Source: Candidatus Obscuribacterales bacterium (lineage in GTDB: Bacteria > Cyanobacteriota > Vampirovibrionia > Obscuribacterales > Obscuribacteraceae). From it: a DNA stretch of 64,000 nt. The notes below the pieces were generated by a model that was given only the letters and a program-made list of their open reading frames with translations, did no database searches and had not been told where the DNA came from. The number at the start of each line of letters is the position of its first letter. Positions within the stretch are counted from its first letter, which is position 1. The stretch covers positions 9,908 to 73,907 of the forward strand of contig DATNQY010000219.1 in the NCBI GenBank assembly GCA_036703785.1. The letters run 5' to 3'. Below are positions 53,462 through 64,000 of the stretch, one piece after another. Both the position numbers and the translations under genes were made by a program.

Positions 53462-56400
53462 AAACTGCCGTCGTCCGCATCTTCATCCGCATCGACCACC
53501 ACGTCGGTGTTGGCGTTCACAACAGCACCCGTCGGCGCGTAGGCGTCCGTCTGGATGGTGGCGTTGTTGATCGTCACCGAGCTGGTGGGTTGCATCGCAT
53601 CGAAGATGATGGCGCCTTTGTTGGCCGTGAGTGTGGTGGCCGTGGTGGGGGCAAGCTTTATCGCCGTCGCCGTCGGCGTTGTCTTGCCGTAGTTAGCAAC
53701 GATAGCCCCGGTGTTGGCAATTATGTTCGCGCCCGTCTGTGCAACGAACGTGCTGGGTGTTAGTTGTGCCGTCTTAATGAACTTGGCGATGTTTGCACTG
53801 CTCGTCAAGCCCGAACCGATTTCAACACCGCCACCGACATTGTTGGCAGATGAGGTTCCAGAAGCTCGGGCAGCGAATACGTCACCGGTGGACGTTCCAT
53901 TGCTGACATTTCCCTTCGCAAGAATCAGAACATTGCCACCATTAGCCTGGATGGTATCGCTGTTGCCAATCTGAATGTCGGCGGTGGTGGACGTGATCGA
54001 AATATTCTTGCCGGTCGAAATGAGAGTCGAGTTGTCGCCGATTGACACCGCCGAACCGGCGCCTGCCGACGTGATTGTTATCGAGCCGGTTTGAGCAATA
54101 TCCGTCGGAGCGAGCGTGCCGGTTGCCGGCGCGCTGGCATTCAGGGAGCCGGCGAACAGGTTGGCGCCGGCTACATTTACACCGACGGTGCCTTTGACGG
54201 TTATCGATGCACCGTTGAGAGAAATCGTGCTCGCCGGGAGAGCCGGTCCATTAACGGTGGCCGTTGCACCACTGGTCATCGAGATGCCGCCGGCGCCGTT
54301 GTTGAGAGTTACGGCGGTCATAGTGTCGTTTGTAGAAGTAAGATTACCCTTCGCAGTGTAGGTGATGTTGCCACCTTCCGCACTCAGCGTGTTACCCGAG
54401 CTGTTAATCGTACCCGGCGTGGCCGTCGCATTCGCGCTGACGCTGATGCCGGCTCCGTTGGAACTCAAGGTCGCGTTGGTGATGCTGATGCCATTTGTGC
54501 CGTTGCTGGTTATCGTGATCGCGCCACGCACCAAGATCTGGTTGCTCACCAGCGGGAAGCCGGGGATGGTGCCGATTTGAAGTTGTCCGGCCGTCAGTTG
54601 CGCACCAGCCGATATCGTCACACCGCTTGCTGCTGTGCCATTTCCTGTGAGCTTTATAGCGCCACCAGAGGTGAGCAGAGTTGAGCCAACCGAACCCACC
54701 GAAATGGAGCCGCCAGTAACAGTCAACGTACTGAGGGCATCAATGCCTGTAAGACTCGTCGTCTGGATATTCACCGCGCCAGTATTTGCACCAGTTGCTG
54801 TGAATGAAGTTCCTGTCAGGACAGCAGTTGCTCCGCCCAGAGTTATGGTGTTGCCTTTGATTGTCGTGCTAGTCGTGGAATCGACAGCCACTCCTTGCAG
54901 GCTCACGGTGCCAATGCCGCCTTGTATAGATAGCGATGATGCACTGTTGATTTGTGAACCACCTCCGATGGTGACCGATGGATTTGCTGCAACCGAAGCG
55001 GCCCCTGTGATGGAAATGGAGCCACCACTATTCAACTGGCGAGACGTGTAAATTGTATTGCCGCTATCAGTGATCGCGCCCTTCGAGCTGATCACGATGT
55101 TGCCGCCGGCAGCCTGAATCTGGTCCGGACTCGATGCTGTTCCTCCAACCGTAATCGGTGCTCCGACAAACTTGGAGGTCAAAGTCAGCTTGCTGCCGTT
55201 GGCAGTGAGGCTCACCGCATTCGTGTTGACCGATACCGCCGATCCACCAAGGGACAATCCCGCGCCACCACTTGCTGTAATTGTCAACGCACCGGGCTTG
55301 AGAATATCGATCGACAGAAGCTGACCGAACGGTGGTGCAAACGACTGCAGCGTGCCGGACGAAATCGTAGCTCCTCCCGTGGCGGATCCTGATCCGATCG
55401 CAACACCGTCAAACGCGCCCGTGCCCGTAGAGGTAATGGTCAAGGCTCTGGCTGCAGTCACGATCGCCTCATCACCGATGGTGATTAGACCTCCGGACTT
55501 CAGCGTCCCGATTCCACCTGCGGTGACGGAGGTGTTGGTACCAATCGTCAGTCCAGTCGCTCCCGTCAACGAAATGGCACCACCGCCGTTGTTGAGCGTC
55601 CTGGCATTGAACAGGCTGCCACCAAACGCGTCGGTGATAGCGCCTGAGGTCTTCATAGTCACGCTGCCGCCGTTGGCGATGAAACTATCGCCGCCAGCCG
55701 CTGAGCCTATCGTTATACTGCCGCCGTTGCCGCTGTTCGTTAGGGTCACCGAATTGCCGTTCGAAATCACGGAAACGCCGTCTCCAATATTGATGCCGCC
55801 GCTGCCGGATTCAGTAATCTTTATTGATCCAGCCTTTTGGATGTTGGCGCTGACTAATCCACCGGTTAGTGGCGCTCCGGCTTTTTGGGAACCGGCCGAT
55901 AGAGTGATACCGGCTACATTGGTGCCCACGTCGATGAACCCTGCGGCGCCGCTGGACGATATTGTCAGGTTCGTCACGGCTGCGATGCTGCTGTCGATAC
56001 TGACGCCGTTGACACCAGTTATGCCGATTGAACTGCCACCGGTGACGGTAACACCCGCGCCAATTGTCGTCGTGTTAGAACCGGCGAGAGTAATCGTCGA
56101 GTTCGTGCTGATGCTGGTGCTTCTCAACGGCACCGCGTCTGGTGCCAAATCAATATTGAATCCGTTAATCTTCACGGCTCCGGTGGCAATAACTTTGGTT
56201 CCATTGGTCTGCACTGTGCCTGCGGTCTTGCCACCATTCAAGGTCAAGGTGCTGCCAGCGTTGATGGTTGTTGTATTGTTCGTGACGTTGTTAAATCCGC
56301 CCAGCGTGAGGTTGTTGCCACTAGTCATCGTCACTCCGCCGCCGGCTTTGCCTGACTTGATTGCGGTAACAGCAACTCCATTGCCGACGGTTTCATTCGA

Positions 56401-59400
56401 TTTGCTGGTGATTGTGACGTTGCCGGCCGTAGCGGTAACGCTCGTGGCATCAGCCAAATTGATGGCGCCGGCAGAGGTGCTACCAATGGTGACGTTCGTC
56501 CCGGACACAGTGCCCTTGTCCTCGAGCGTCGTCGCGCCGGGCGTGTTGATGGCTACCGTGCCTGCTCCGATAAGATGAGCGCCTAGTGATCCGCCCAACT
56601 GACCCAGATCGATCGCACCGGTTCCAGCCGCAGTGATCGCTAACGGATTTTTGGTTGATTGCAATGTCGTTCCATCACCGACACTCAAATTGTTCGCGGT
56701 CTTAATCGTCAGTGATTGACCGCTCAGGAAGCTGTTGGGCGCGATTGTCAGGCTGCCCGCACTGTTGGGTAACGCAGTCAGCGCGATGCTAGCCGCGCCA
56801 TTGAGCAAGCCGCCCACTGTGGCCGGGGTGCCTAGCGTTGAATTGGCGAAGCCAAACGACACGCTAACTTTTTCCGGCTTGATGAACGTCAGAGCGTTTT
56901 GATTGGCCAATGTCTGGAAGACAGCCGGAACCGCCGCCGTCGCGAAATCGACTGTAGTGCCGAAAGTCGAACCCGCGGTGGCATTCAATGTCATCCCGAT
57001 TGCCGGCGTCAGCGACGGTGAGAGCACCAGATTTGCGGCGGTAATAATGCCGATGGTCGGCGTGGTGCCCGTCGTTCCGAGTGAGAAGGTGAGGTTGCCG
57101 GTGCCGGTGCGTGCAAAGTAGACATTGCCCGTTGCCGAAATGGTGCCGCTGTCTACCCAACTTGGAGCGCTCCCGGAAAGTATCAATGAAGCAGTGGTGC
57201 CGGTGGCTTGTATGCTTCCAGCGGAAGTAATGTTCATGCTCCCGGTTCCGAAGTCCACGAGAGCCAATGCACTATTTGTGGTGAATTCGAGGTTGCCGCT
57301 AATGGTCGATTTCGCAGGCAGCAGTAAGACCGGAGTAGCACCCGCCACCTTGAAGCCGCCGCCGGCTCCGCTGAGGTTCATGTTAAACGCGGTGAAAGGC
57401 TGCGATATGTCGGATTCGTTCAGCAAGACCGGTACGGTTCCCGTCGGATCAGCAACGTTGTTAGCTAATGCGATTTGCGGATTTCCGCGAGAGATTTGGA
57501 AGGCTGCAAGTGCAAGCGATGGGGTCAACATGTTGCGAACGCCAGTCGTGGCATTGCCGGCGCTAATATTCGTTATCGTAACCGGAGGAGTAGGACCAAC
57601 TGCCGGATTGGTGACTGCAAAACCGGTTCCCATCGTCTGCACGGCTAGGGAAGCGGAGCAGCCCTGACAGCCAGGGCTCTGCGTGATGATTTGCTTGTTC
57701 AGTGTTGCACCGTTGGTGATGGTGCCCGCGGTGCCATTGACAGGTGCGGCAGTTCCGATGGTGAACATAGCACCGGGTATTGCCGGAATGCTGAGAGCCG
57801 TGCTCGTGAGATCCATGTTGGCAGGAAGCAACTGGGTGGCGGCCGTTTGAATAAAAATCGAGCCGGCGGTTTGACCACCCGCACCTGCACCCTTGCTGGC
57901 ATTAACGCTAATGCCGCCATTTTGTCCGCTAATCACTATCGCACCCGACTGCATGGCGATAGCGCCGGCATTGCCACCGGTGCTCGTTCCTGCCTTGCCG
58001 GCTCCACCGCCATGTGCATCTACGTAGCCGGTAACGATTACTTCACCGTCGAGGAGGCCGTTAGCGTTGTTCGTCGTCTGAATCGCGATAGCACCGGCAT
58101 TTCCGCCGATAGCGCCGGCGCTATCAGTGCCGCCCGTGGCGAGAACGTTTCCGCTAATTTTGACAAAGTTGGCTGCCGAGACCGCAATACTTCCACCGTA
58201 AGCACCGTTGACGAGAGTTGCATTGTTCATCGTCAAGCCGGCAGCATTGATGCCGCCGGTGCCGACGGTGACGTATCCTTCGCCGGACGTAATCGCGACG
58301 CTCCCCGCATTGCCGGAAGCAGCGCTGGTATTGATACCACCCGTGACGATTTGCTCGTCAGCGGCCAAAGCGACCGATCCGCCTACCTGCGTCCCGGTCG
58401 CTGTCGACGTCGAAGCACCGCTTGTGTTGATCGCTCCGCCGACCAAAATCGCTGAGCCCGTGCCATTGCTCGCGGGCGGCAGTAAGGCAGTAAATACACC
58501 GATCGGCGCAACGCTCGAAACTACGCTTCTATATATAAACATCGGATTCGAAAGCTGTGGCATGCCACCAGTAACGGTCACCGAGCCACCGATTTTGCCG
58601 CTTGTGTTGATTCCGGCCTTAACCTGCACACCGCCTTGACCGAGCAGGGTAACGTTGCCGCCAACCCCACCGGCCTTGTTAGCCGAAGCGTTTACTGAGT
58701 TCAACGAAATCAATCCGGAGTTTGTGAATCCGGAGCCGGCCTTCGACGCATACGCGACCATCAGGACGTTACCGCCGTTGATAGTCGGACTCACGCCGAC
58801 GGTCGGCGCTTTCGCCGTGCTGGAGGTATTGATCGTGACGTTCGGAAGGAGAATGGAGCCGCCGCTCAACGACTGGGTGGCGCCGCCGGACATAATCATT
58901 TGACCACTCGGCGTGCTTGTGAAATTGACGCCGGCTGCTATTAATAGGTTGCCGCCGCTGCGCTTGGTGGCGGAAAGGTTGATTTGAGTCATACCGGCTC
59001 CGCCGATGATGTTGCCGACAGAGAGAATGGCGAGCGACTGTCCTGAGAACACAAGATTCTTCGGTAATATCAGGTCGCCGCTCAGGCTTGTGATTGTTCC
59101 CACCGGCGCGCCGGGTGATGTGTTAAATTCCACGATGCCGTCCTGAGCCGGAATGATTGCGTTTGGAGTAATCGAACCCGAGTTTTTGAAAATCACGTTC
59201 GAGGTGTTAACACTCACGATAGAGAACGGGAACGGATCATTGACGTTGACCGTATCAACGGTGATCGATTGCCCCGCCTGAGTGGCGTTCAAGTTCACGT
59301 TCGGCGCTGACAAGGTCATCGTGCCGCTTGGCGCGCTGAAAGTAATGCTCGGGAAAAGTTTTGTCGTGGCAGTGGCCGTGATGTCGATGCTGCCGAGTGG

Positions 59401-62400
59401 AGCGAGAATGCTGCCATTGCCGGAAATGAGCAAATTGCTGCCAGGCAGGCTGGCGATACTGACGTTATTGGTGGTGGACTGAATCGTGTTGTTGAGCGCC
59501 AAGCTATTGGTGTTGATGATCACGGAGCCGACTACGGTCAGATTTCCAGTGGTTGTGATTCCGGGCGCCGTCAGGCTAAAGGTGTTGCCACCGGTGGAAG
59601 TGCCGAGATTGACACTGGTCACAGACTTACCAGTTAGCGTCACAAACACGTTGCCGGAAGTCTGAACGGTCAGATTGGGGGTGGCGGAATTGGAGGTTAA
59701 TGCGATCGGTATCGGTGCGGTTCCAATGTCACCAGAGCCTGCGCCCCCGCCACTCGTAAGCGAGAAACTATTGGCCGTAGAAAGAATCTTGGTGGATGTT
59801 TGCGAGATCGTGCCGGTGGGCCCGGAATCGAGAATAATCGTTCCGGCGCCGGCAGATATATTGGATGCGATGCTGATGTTGCCTGTATCCGTCAGGCTGT
59901 ACTTGCCATTCGTGGCGTTCACAGTGGCACCGGTTATGGTGACATTGCCCGTATTGCTAATGAAAGCATTGCCGGCGGAGTTGATGAACAGGTTGCCGGC
60001 GGTAGTATTGATTGGCGGATCGACACCGACAATATTGCCGCCGATATCACCAGCCGTTGTCGTCAACGAAACCGTGCCGCCACTGATGGAATTGCTCAAT
60101 GGAGCCGGATCAGCCGAAATGAAAGATGCGCTGGTCAGAGAGAACGTGGAGGTCGATCCGGCAGCAGATGGCTCTACAGTGATACCGGTCGTTCCCGTAT
60201 TCGAGAGGAACACGTTACCCGATGCGTTCGCTGTCACATCGCTCGTGTTAATGAAAACCGGTGCGCCGGCGGCACCGATGTTGCCACCAGGCGCTGCCAT
60301 AGTGACGGTGCCGTTAGCGGCTGTCGTGCTAAGCAGTCCGGCGCCGGTGCCAGTGATGTTACCTGAGCCGGTCGCTTGAATGGATATGGAATTTGTCCCG
60401 GTGACCATGCTGCTAATCGCCACCGAAACGCTGGTGCCCGGGAGCCCGCCGATCATCACTTGCGAGCCCATGATTGGGCCTGTCGTCGTAATGTTGGAAT
60501 CGGACAGCAGGTTGAACACCTGTGTGCTTGTGCCGACAGTGGCACCAGTGACGTTGAGCGGTGTGGTGCCACCAGACTGATCCGTGATATACGAACTGCC
60601 TGCAGTACTCACGCTCAGGTTGCCGGCGTTAATGACCAGGGGCGTCAAGACTGTGCCTATGTCCGATGTCCCTGAGCCGTTGGTGATTGAGACGTTGAGC
60701 GTGCCGGCGGTGATAGTGCCACCGGGCGCCGTAATGGTGCCGGTTCCATCGGCCGTAAGAGTCATCGTGCCGGTAGAAGCCAAATCGGATTGAATTGACA
60801 ACGAGCCGTTGGCTCCGGTGGTGAGACTCAGATTCGTCGTGCTGATCGCTCCTACGGTAGTGATGCTCGCATTAGCGCCCGTCAGAGTGAGTCCCAAAGT
60901 GCCGGCATTAGAAGTGCCGAGGGTGACGTTGCCGGGCGCGGTGAGAACAGCCGTCAATGGGGTGGTTACCGTCACCAGTGGGGAAACGGTTCCGGTGCCG
61001 CTGATTACGGTAAACGGTGCGGTGGTGGTGCCGATCGTGCCGGTAGCGTCGAGGTGCTCCGCGTCAGCGAAGGTGACCGTACCCGCCGACTGAGTGATGT
61101 TGCCGTGGTCGTTGGTGAGACTCAGAGAGCTGTTCAGTCCTCTGCCCAGATCGATCGTTCCCGAAATATTCAACGTACCTGAAGCGCCGGTGCCCGCGAT
61201 CAAAGTCACGTTAGCCGGGTTGCAATTGTTTGCGTTGATCACATTCAAGCCGGAGCCATTAACGTTAAGGCTGCCGCCCGAGCTGACCAGCACAGTTCCG
61301 CCGTCGACGGCGGATATTTCGATCTGCGAGGCTGGTGTCGTGTTGCCGATGTTTAGGGCACCGGTCTTACCGGTCGTGACGGTTACAAATCCGCCGTGAC
61401 CGTTGCTGCCACCATCGGCATCCAGATTAAGCACGCCTGTCGCACCTGCCGCCAGGATGACGTGCTGTGTCGCGGAAACAGTAATTGATCCACCATTGAA
61501 CTGTCCGAGAGGCGCGCCATCCGCACTCACTGTGCCGCTGTTGGCGGTGAGCGTGGTGCCGGCAGCAATCGCCACGTTGCCACCATTGCCGGCCAGTTGG
61601 GCCGACGCCGACACAATCGAACCAGCTGTAAATACTATTGAACCGGCGGTGGTGATGTTGATCGATCCGCCATCTCCCTCGAGCATGCCGCCGAGAGCTT
61701 CAATACCATTGGCGCCGGTGACCCCGCCGGAGGTGCCGGGCAATACTCCGCCGATTTGGAAAGCCGCTTTTCCGCCGGTAATCTTGATCGCTCCGCCGTT
61801 ACCGTCTACTCCACCATCAGCTATTAGGTTGCCCTGGACTATGACCTTACCTCTTGTATCGGTGAGGCTGATCGTACCGCCGCTGCCGAGTCCGACGCCA
61901 TCGGCTATCAAATCCCCAGTAACCTTAAGATCACCGGTGGCAGCTTTGCCACCAACCAACGTAATGGAGGCACCTTTGCCGTTTGGAGAAAGCGGATCGA
62001 TGTTCAGCGCAGTGGCGCTTGGATCTACGGTGAGCGTCTTCCCTGCTTCCAGATCGACAAGTCCGCCGTTGCCGCCATTTACACCGCTGAAGGCGCTGAT
62101 CTCAAAGCCGCCGGCGCCAATGGTCAAATTATTCTTGAGTGATACTAGCGTGATGCGGCCACCGCTGCCGGTATTGAAGCCATCGGCGCTCAGCGTTATT
62201 GTTTGGTTACTGGTGCCATTAAATGTGGACAAGTTGGCGGCACTGATGCTGATTGATCCGCCCGAGCCACTGACTGCATCGGCAGAGAGCGGCCCGCCCT
62301 TGATGGTGAGCGTGCCGGCCTTATCCGAAAGTGTGATGCTGCCGCCGCTTCCTGTCGCCGCAGCTACAGTAAGGTCGGCGCCGGACGCTAGCGTAAAGGT

Positions 62401-64000
62401 CTTAGCTTTGTCAGCACTAATACTGATACTGCCGCCTGCGGCACCATTGGCCTGAACAGTGCCCTTAATTCCACAGCATGCAGGTAGTGTCGGATCAATC
62501 GTGAAAGCGGTGGCCTTGCCCTGGCTGATTGTTATGGAGCCACCGACGCCTGCGGTTCCTCCTACGGCTGAGTTAGCAGTGATGTTGCCTTGAACGAAGA
62601 TGGTGCCCAGCGTCGAGGTGAGGGTGATGTTGCCGCCGGGGCTCGCTGTGGAACCGGCGGCACTCGCATCCAGGTTACCGATGATCGACAATACGCCAGT
62701 GCTCAGGCTCTTAGCTGCTGTCAGCGAAATGGAGCCGCCCGCGCCATCACCCAGTGGTGCGAATTGCAGCGCTTGCGGATCGAGCGTCAGGTTGGCCGTC
62801 AAACTGCCACCAGTGGTGATATTGATCTGTCCGCCGTCGCCGGTGAGCGAGCCACTCGAGCCACCAGTAGCCGAGACAGTAATGTTGCCTGTGCCATTGC
62901 CGAGTGTCATCGCCGTGGTGCCGGTGGTAGTGACGTTGATGACTCCACCATTGCCGCCACCAGCAGCATTAGCCGACAGGGTGAGGGGTCCACCCGAGAC
63001 GGTGACATTGCTGCCCGTAAGGTTGAGCGTACCACCCTTGTAAGAGCCGCCGGCCGTAGCATTTGCGGACAGCGTGCCGGTAGCGAACGACAGCGCGCCT
63101 TTGCTGAAGAGAGTTATGCTTCCACCATTGCCGCCGGCGCCGGACGGCGCGGCAGTGATGCTGCCGGGAGAAAGCACCTTAATACCGCCGGCTGCGCTAT
63201 TGCGAATAGTGATTGTTCCGCCGTTGGCGCCACCGCCCGTGCCACCGTCGGCGCTAATGCTGACCTTGATGCCGCCTGTGGTGCTGGTCGCGCTATTGCC
63301 GACTATGAACGCAGTGGTGGAACCTTCGGAGACTGTTATTGTGCCGCCTGCTCCTTGTCCGGCGCCATTGGCATTGAGCGACCCGCCGACAAATACCAGT
63401 CCGGACAAGAGGTTGATCGTTCCGCCCGCACCACTGCCTGTGGCATTAGCATTCAAGTCACCATTCACATTGATTCTGCCGCCTGCAGTGATTAGGATGT
63501 CACCGCCGGAGCCACCAGTCGCGTTAACTAAAATCACACTTGGATTGGTTATGTTGACACCGCCGACACTATTAATAATGATGCTGCCGCCGGAGCCACC
63601 GCTGAGTCCGGACTGCGCCGACAAATTAAATTGTTTGTTCGAACTACCGATGGAAATTCCGAGCGGCGTGCCGGCATTCGGATTAGTCGTGATCAGGTTT
63701 ATGGTGCCGCCATTGCCGGCATCGGCACCATCGGCATTAAGAGCGACCACGCCGTTTCCATTGATGGATAACGAATCATAGCTCAAGCTGAGCGTTCCAC
63801 CTACATACTTGGAATTGCTGCCGTTGCCGAGGGCGCCCACAGACAGGGTGCCTGTCGGCAGAACCAATCCGGCGGTGGTGATGGAAATCGTTCCGCCGCT
63901 GCCGGCGGTTAGCGGTGCTACACTCAACCCGGCATACGAACTCACCTTGACGGTGCCGGCGTTGCCCTCATTCACCGCCAAGCTTCCGCCATTGCCGCCG
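53443..64000 (-). CDS. giant Gly/Thr/Ser/Ala-rich beta-helix-type repeat protein (adhesin/hemagglutinin-like), partial, N-terminus beyond right edge
   Basis: A single open frame of more than 3510 codons, still open at base 64000 (GGNGGS precedes the tracked TTG). Degenerate repeats of the form GG(S/T)I(S/T)(L/I)...G.L.(V/I)...A. Acidic C-terminus DADEDADDGSFYLTSR. Confidence 0.8.
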   Translation of the reverse strand, partial: GGNGGSLAVNEGNAGTVKVSSYAGLSVAPLTAGSGGTISITTAGLVLPTGTLSVGALGNGSNSKYVGGTLSLSYDSLSINGNGVVALNADGADAGNGGTINLITTNPNAGTPLGISIGSSNKQFNLSAQSGLSGGSGGSIIINSVGGVNITNPSVILVNATGGSGGDILITAGGRINVNGDLNANATGSGAGGTINLLSGLVFVGGSLNANGAGQGAGGTITVSEGSTTAFIVGNSATSTTGGIKVSISADGGTGGGANGGTITIRNSAAGGIKVLSPGSITAAPSGAGGNGGSITLFSKGALSFATGTLSANATAGGSYKGGTLNLTGSNVTVSGGPLTLSANAAGGGNGGVINVTTTGTTAMTLGNGTGNITVSATGGSSGSLTGDGGQINITTGGSLTANLTLDPQALQFAPLGDGAGGSISLTAAKSLSTGVLSIIGNLDASAAGSTASPGGNITLTSTLGTIFVQGNITANSAVGGTAGVGGSITISQGKATAFTIDPTLPACCGIKGTVQANGAAGGSISISADKAKTFTLASGADLTVAAATGSGGSITLSDKAGTLTIKGGPLSADAVSGSGGSISISAANLSTFNGTSNQTITLSADGFNTGSGGRITLVSLKNNLTIGAGGFEISAFSGVNGGNGGLVDLEAGKTLTVDPSATALNIDPLSPNGKGASITLVGGKAATGDLKVTGDLIADGVGLGSGGTISLTDTRGKVIVQGNLIADGGVDGNGGAIKITGGKAAFQIGGVLPGTSGGVTGANGIEALGGMLEGDGGSINITTAGSIVFTAGSIVSASAQLAGNGGNVAIAAGTTLTANSGTVSADGAPLGQFNGGSITVSATQHVILAAGATGVLNLDADGGSNGHGGFVTVTTGKTGALNIGNTTPASQIEISAVDGGTVLVSSGGSLNVNGSGLNVINANNCNPANVTLIAGTGASGTLNISGTIDLGRGLNSSLSLTNDHGNITQSAGTVTFADAEHLDATGTIGTTTAPFTVISGTGTVSPLVTVTTPLTAVLTAPGNVTLGTSNAGTLGLTLTGANASITTVGAISTTNLSLTTGANGSLSIQSDLASTGTMTLTADGTGTITAPGGTITAGTLNVSITNGSGTSDIGTVLTPLVINAGNLSVSTAGSSYITDQSGGTTPLNVTGATVGTSTQVFNLLSDSNITTTGPIMGSQVMIGGLPGTSVSVAISSMVTGTNSISIQATGSGNITGTGAGLLSTTAANGTVTMAAPGGNIGAAGAPVFINTSDVTANASGNVFLSNTGTTGITVEPSAAGSTSTFSLTSASFISADPAPLSNSISGGTVSLTTTAGDIGGNIVGVDPPINTTAGNLFINSAGNAFISNTGNVTITGATVNATNGKYSLTDTGNISIASNISAGAGTIILDSGPTGTISQTSTKILSTANSFSLTSGGGAGSGDIGTAPIPIALTSNSATPNLTVQTSGNVFVTLTGKSVTSVNLGTSTGGNTFSLTAPGITTTGNLTVVGSVIINTNSLALNNTIQSTTNNVSIASLPGSNLLISGNGSILAPLGSIDITATATTKLFPSITFSAPSGTMTLSAPNVNLNATQAGQSITVDTVNVNDPFPFSIVSVNTSNVIFKNSGSITPNAIIPAQDGIVEFNTSPGAPVGTITSLSGDLILPKNLVFSGQSLAILSVGNIIGGAGMTQINLSATKRSGGNLLIAAGVNFTSTPSGQMIMSGGATQSLSGGSILLPNVTINTSSTAKAPTVGVSPTINGGNVLMVAYASKAGSGFTNSGLISLNSVNASANKAGGVGGNVTLLGQGGVQVKAGINTSGKIGGSVTVTGGMPQLSNPMFIYRSVVSSVAPIGVFTALLPPASNGTGSAILVGGAINTSGASTSTATGTQVGGSVALAADEQIVTGGINTSAASGNAGSVAITSGEGYVTVGTGGINAAGLTMNNATLVNGAYGGSIAVSAANFVKISGNVLATGGTDSAGAIGGNAGAIAIQTTNNANGLLDGEVIVTGYVDAHGGGAGKAGTSTGGNAGAIAMQSGAIVISGQNGGISVNASKGAGAGGQTAGSIFIQTAATQLLPANMDLTSTALSIPAIPGAMFTIGTAAPVNGTAGTITNGATLNKQIITQSPGCQGCSASLAVQTMGTGFAVTNPAVGPTPPVTITNISAGNATTGVRNMLTPSLALAAFQISRGNPQIALANNVADPTGTVPVLLNESDISQPFTAFNMNLSGAGGGFKVAGATPVLLLPAKSTISGNLEFTTNSALALVDFGTGSMNITSAGSIQATGTTASLILSGSAPSWVDSGTISATGNVYFARTGTGNLTFSLGTTGTTPTIGIITAANLVLSPSLTPAIGMTLNATAGSTFGTTVDFATAAVPAVFQTLANQNALTFIKPEKVSVSFGFANSTLGTPATVGGLLNGAASIALTALPNSAGSLTIAPNSFLSGQSLTIKTANNLSVGDGTTLQSTKNPLAITAAGTGAIDLGQLGGSLGAHLIGAGTVAINTPGATTLEDKGTVSGTNVTIGSTSAGAINLADATSVTATAGNVTITSKSNETVGNGVAVTAIKSGKAGGGVTMTSGNNLTLGGFNNVTNNTTTINAGSTLTLNGGKTAGTVQTNGTKVIATGAVKINGFNIDLAPDAVPLRSTSISTNSTITLAGSNTTTIGAGVTVTGGSSIGITGVNGVSIDSSIAAVTNLTISSSGAAGFIDVGTNVAGITLSAGSQKAGAPLTGGLVSANIQKAGSIKITESGSGGINIGDGVSVISNGNSVTLTNSGNGGSITIGSAAGGDSFIANGGSVTMKTSGAITDAFGGSLFNARTLNNGGGAISLTGATGLTIGTNTSVTAGGIGTLKSGGLITIGDEAIVTAARALTITSTGTGAFDGVAIGSGSATGGATISSGTLQSFAPPFGQLLSIDILKPGALTITASGGAGLSLGGSAVSVNTNAVSLTANGSKLTLTSKFVGAPITVGGTASSPDQIQAAGGNIVISSKGAITDSGNTIYTSRQLNSGGSISITGAASVAANPSVTIGGGSQINSASSLSIQGGIGTVSLQGVAVDSTTSTTIKGNTITLGGATAVLTGTSFTATGANTGAVNIQTTSLTGIDALSTLTVTGGSISVGSVGSTLLTSGGAIKLTGNGTAASGVTISAGAQLTAGQLQIGTIPGFPLVSNQILVRGAITITSNGTNGISITNATLSSNGAGISVSANATATPGTINSSGNTLSAEGGNITYTAKGNLTSTNDTMTAVTLNNGAGGISMTSGATATVNGPALPASTISLNGASITVKGTVGVNVAGANLFAGSLNASAPATGTLAPTDIAQTGSITITSAGAGSAVSIGDNSTLISTGKNISITSTTADIQIGNSDTIQANGGNVLILAKGNVSNGTSTGDVFAARASGTSSANNVGGGVEIGSGLTSSANIAKFIKTAQLTPSTFVAQTGANIIANTGAIVANYGKTTPTATAIKLAPTTATTLTANKGAIIFDAMQPTSSVTINNATIQTDAYAPTGAVVNANTDVVVDADEDADDGSFYLTSR

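Noticed and set aside
54091-63781. Many long plus-strand ORFs (up to 408 aa) antisense to the giant repeat gene
   Set aside because: Their Pro/Val/Leu/Ala-rich translations are what antisense reading of GGN/ACN/GCN-rich repeats would give. None has a start context, and they tile the larger uninterrupted minus-strand frame.

Overview
Read by eye, the window has three parts. (1) Host chromosome, 1-8606: a partial secreted metalloprotease-like gene, a coiled-coil tail-anchored protein, two tandem copies of a structured RNA element each with its own intrinsic terminator just 5' of glmU, a PLD-nuclease fused to two XRE-type HTH domains, a cell-wall amidase and a CpdA-like phosphodiesterase. (2) A complete integrated prophage, about 8631-52648. 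It is inserted in tRNA-Ala(GGC), and an 18-bp att core is duplicated exactly 44,000 bp apart. The rightward arm carries integrase, terminase, and a T7-supergroup-like order of portal, scaffold, capsid, tubular tail A/B, internal virion proteins and fibre. This is followed by a holin/GH24 endolysin cassette and a 1218-aa signal-peptide beta-propeller/repeat protein. The leftward arm carries a DUF2800-like nuclease, gp2.5-like SSB, family-A DNA polymerase, SNF2 helicase, Dam-like methyltransferase, VirE-like helicase and Prim-Pol, plus two phage tRNA-like genes and many small ORFs. No single-subunit RNA polymerase ORF is present. A 9-mer, GTTAAGCTA, and its TAAGCTA core recur at prophage gene starts and promoters. 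(3) Host chromosome, 52649-64000: the reconstituted tRNA-Ala, an isochorismatase-family hydrolase, and the C-terminal part (more than 3500 aa) of a giant Gly/Thr/Ser/Ala-rich repeat protein that continues past the right edge. All product calls rest on motifs I recognise, gene order and size; no database search was run. I found no CRISPR array, rRNA or IS element.
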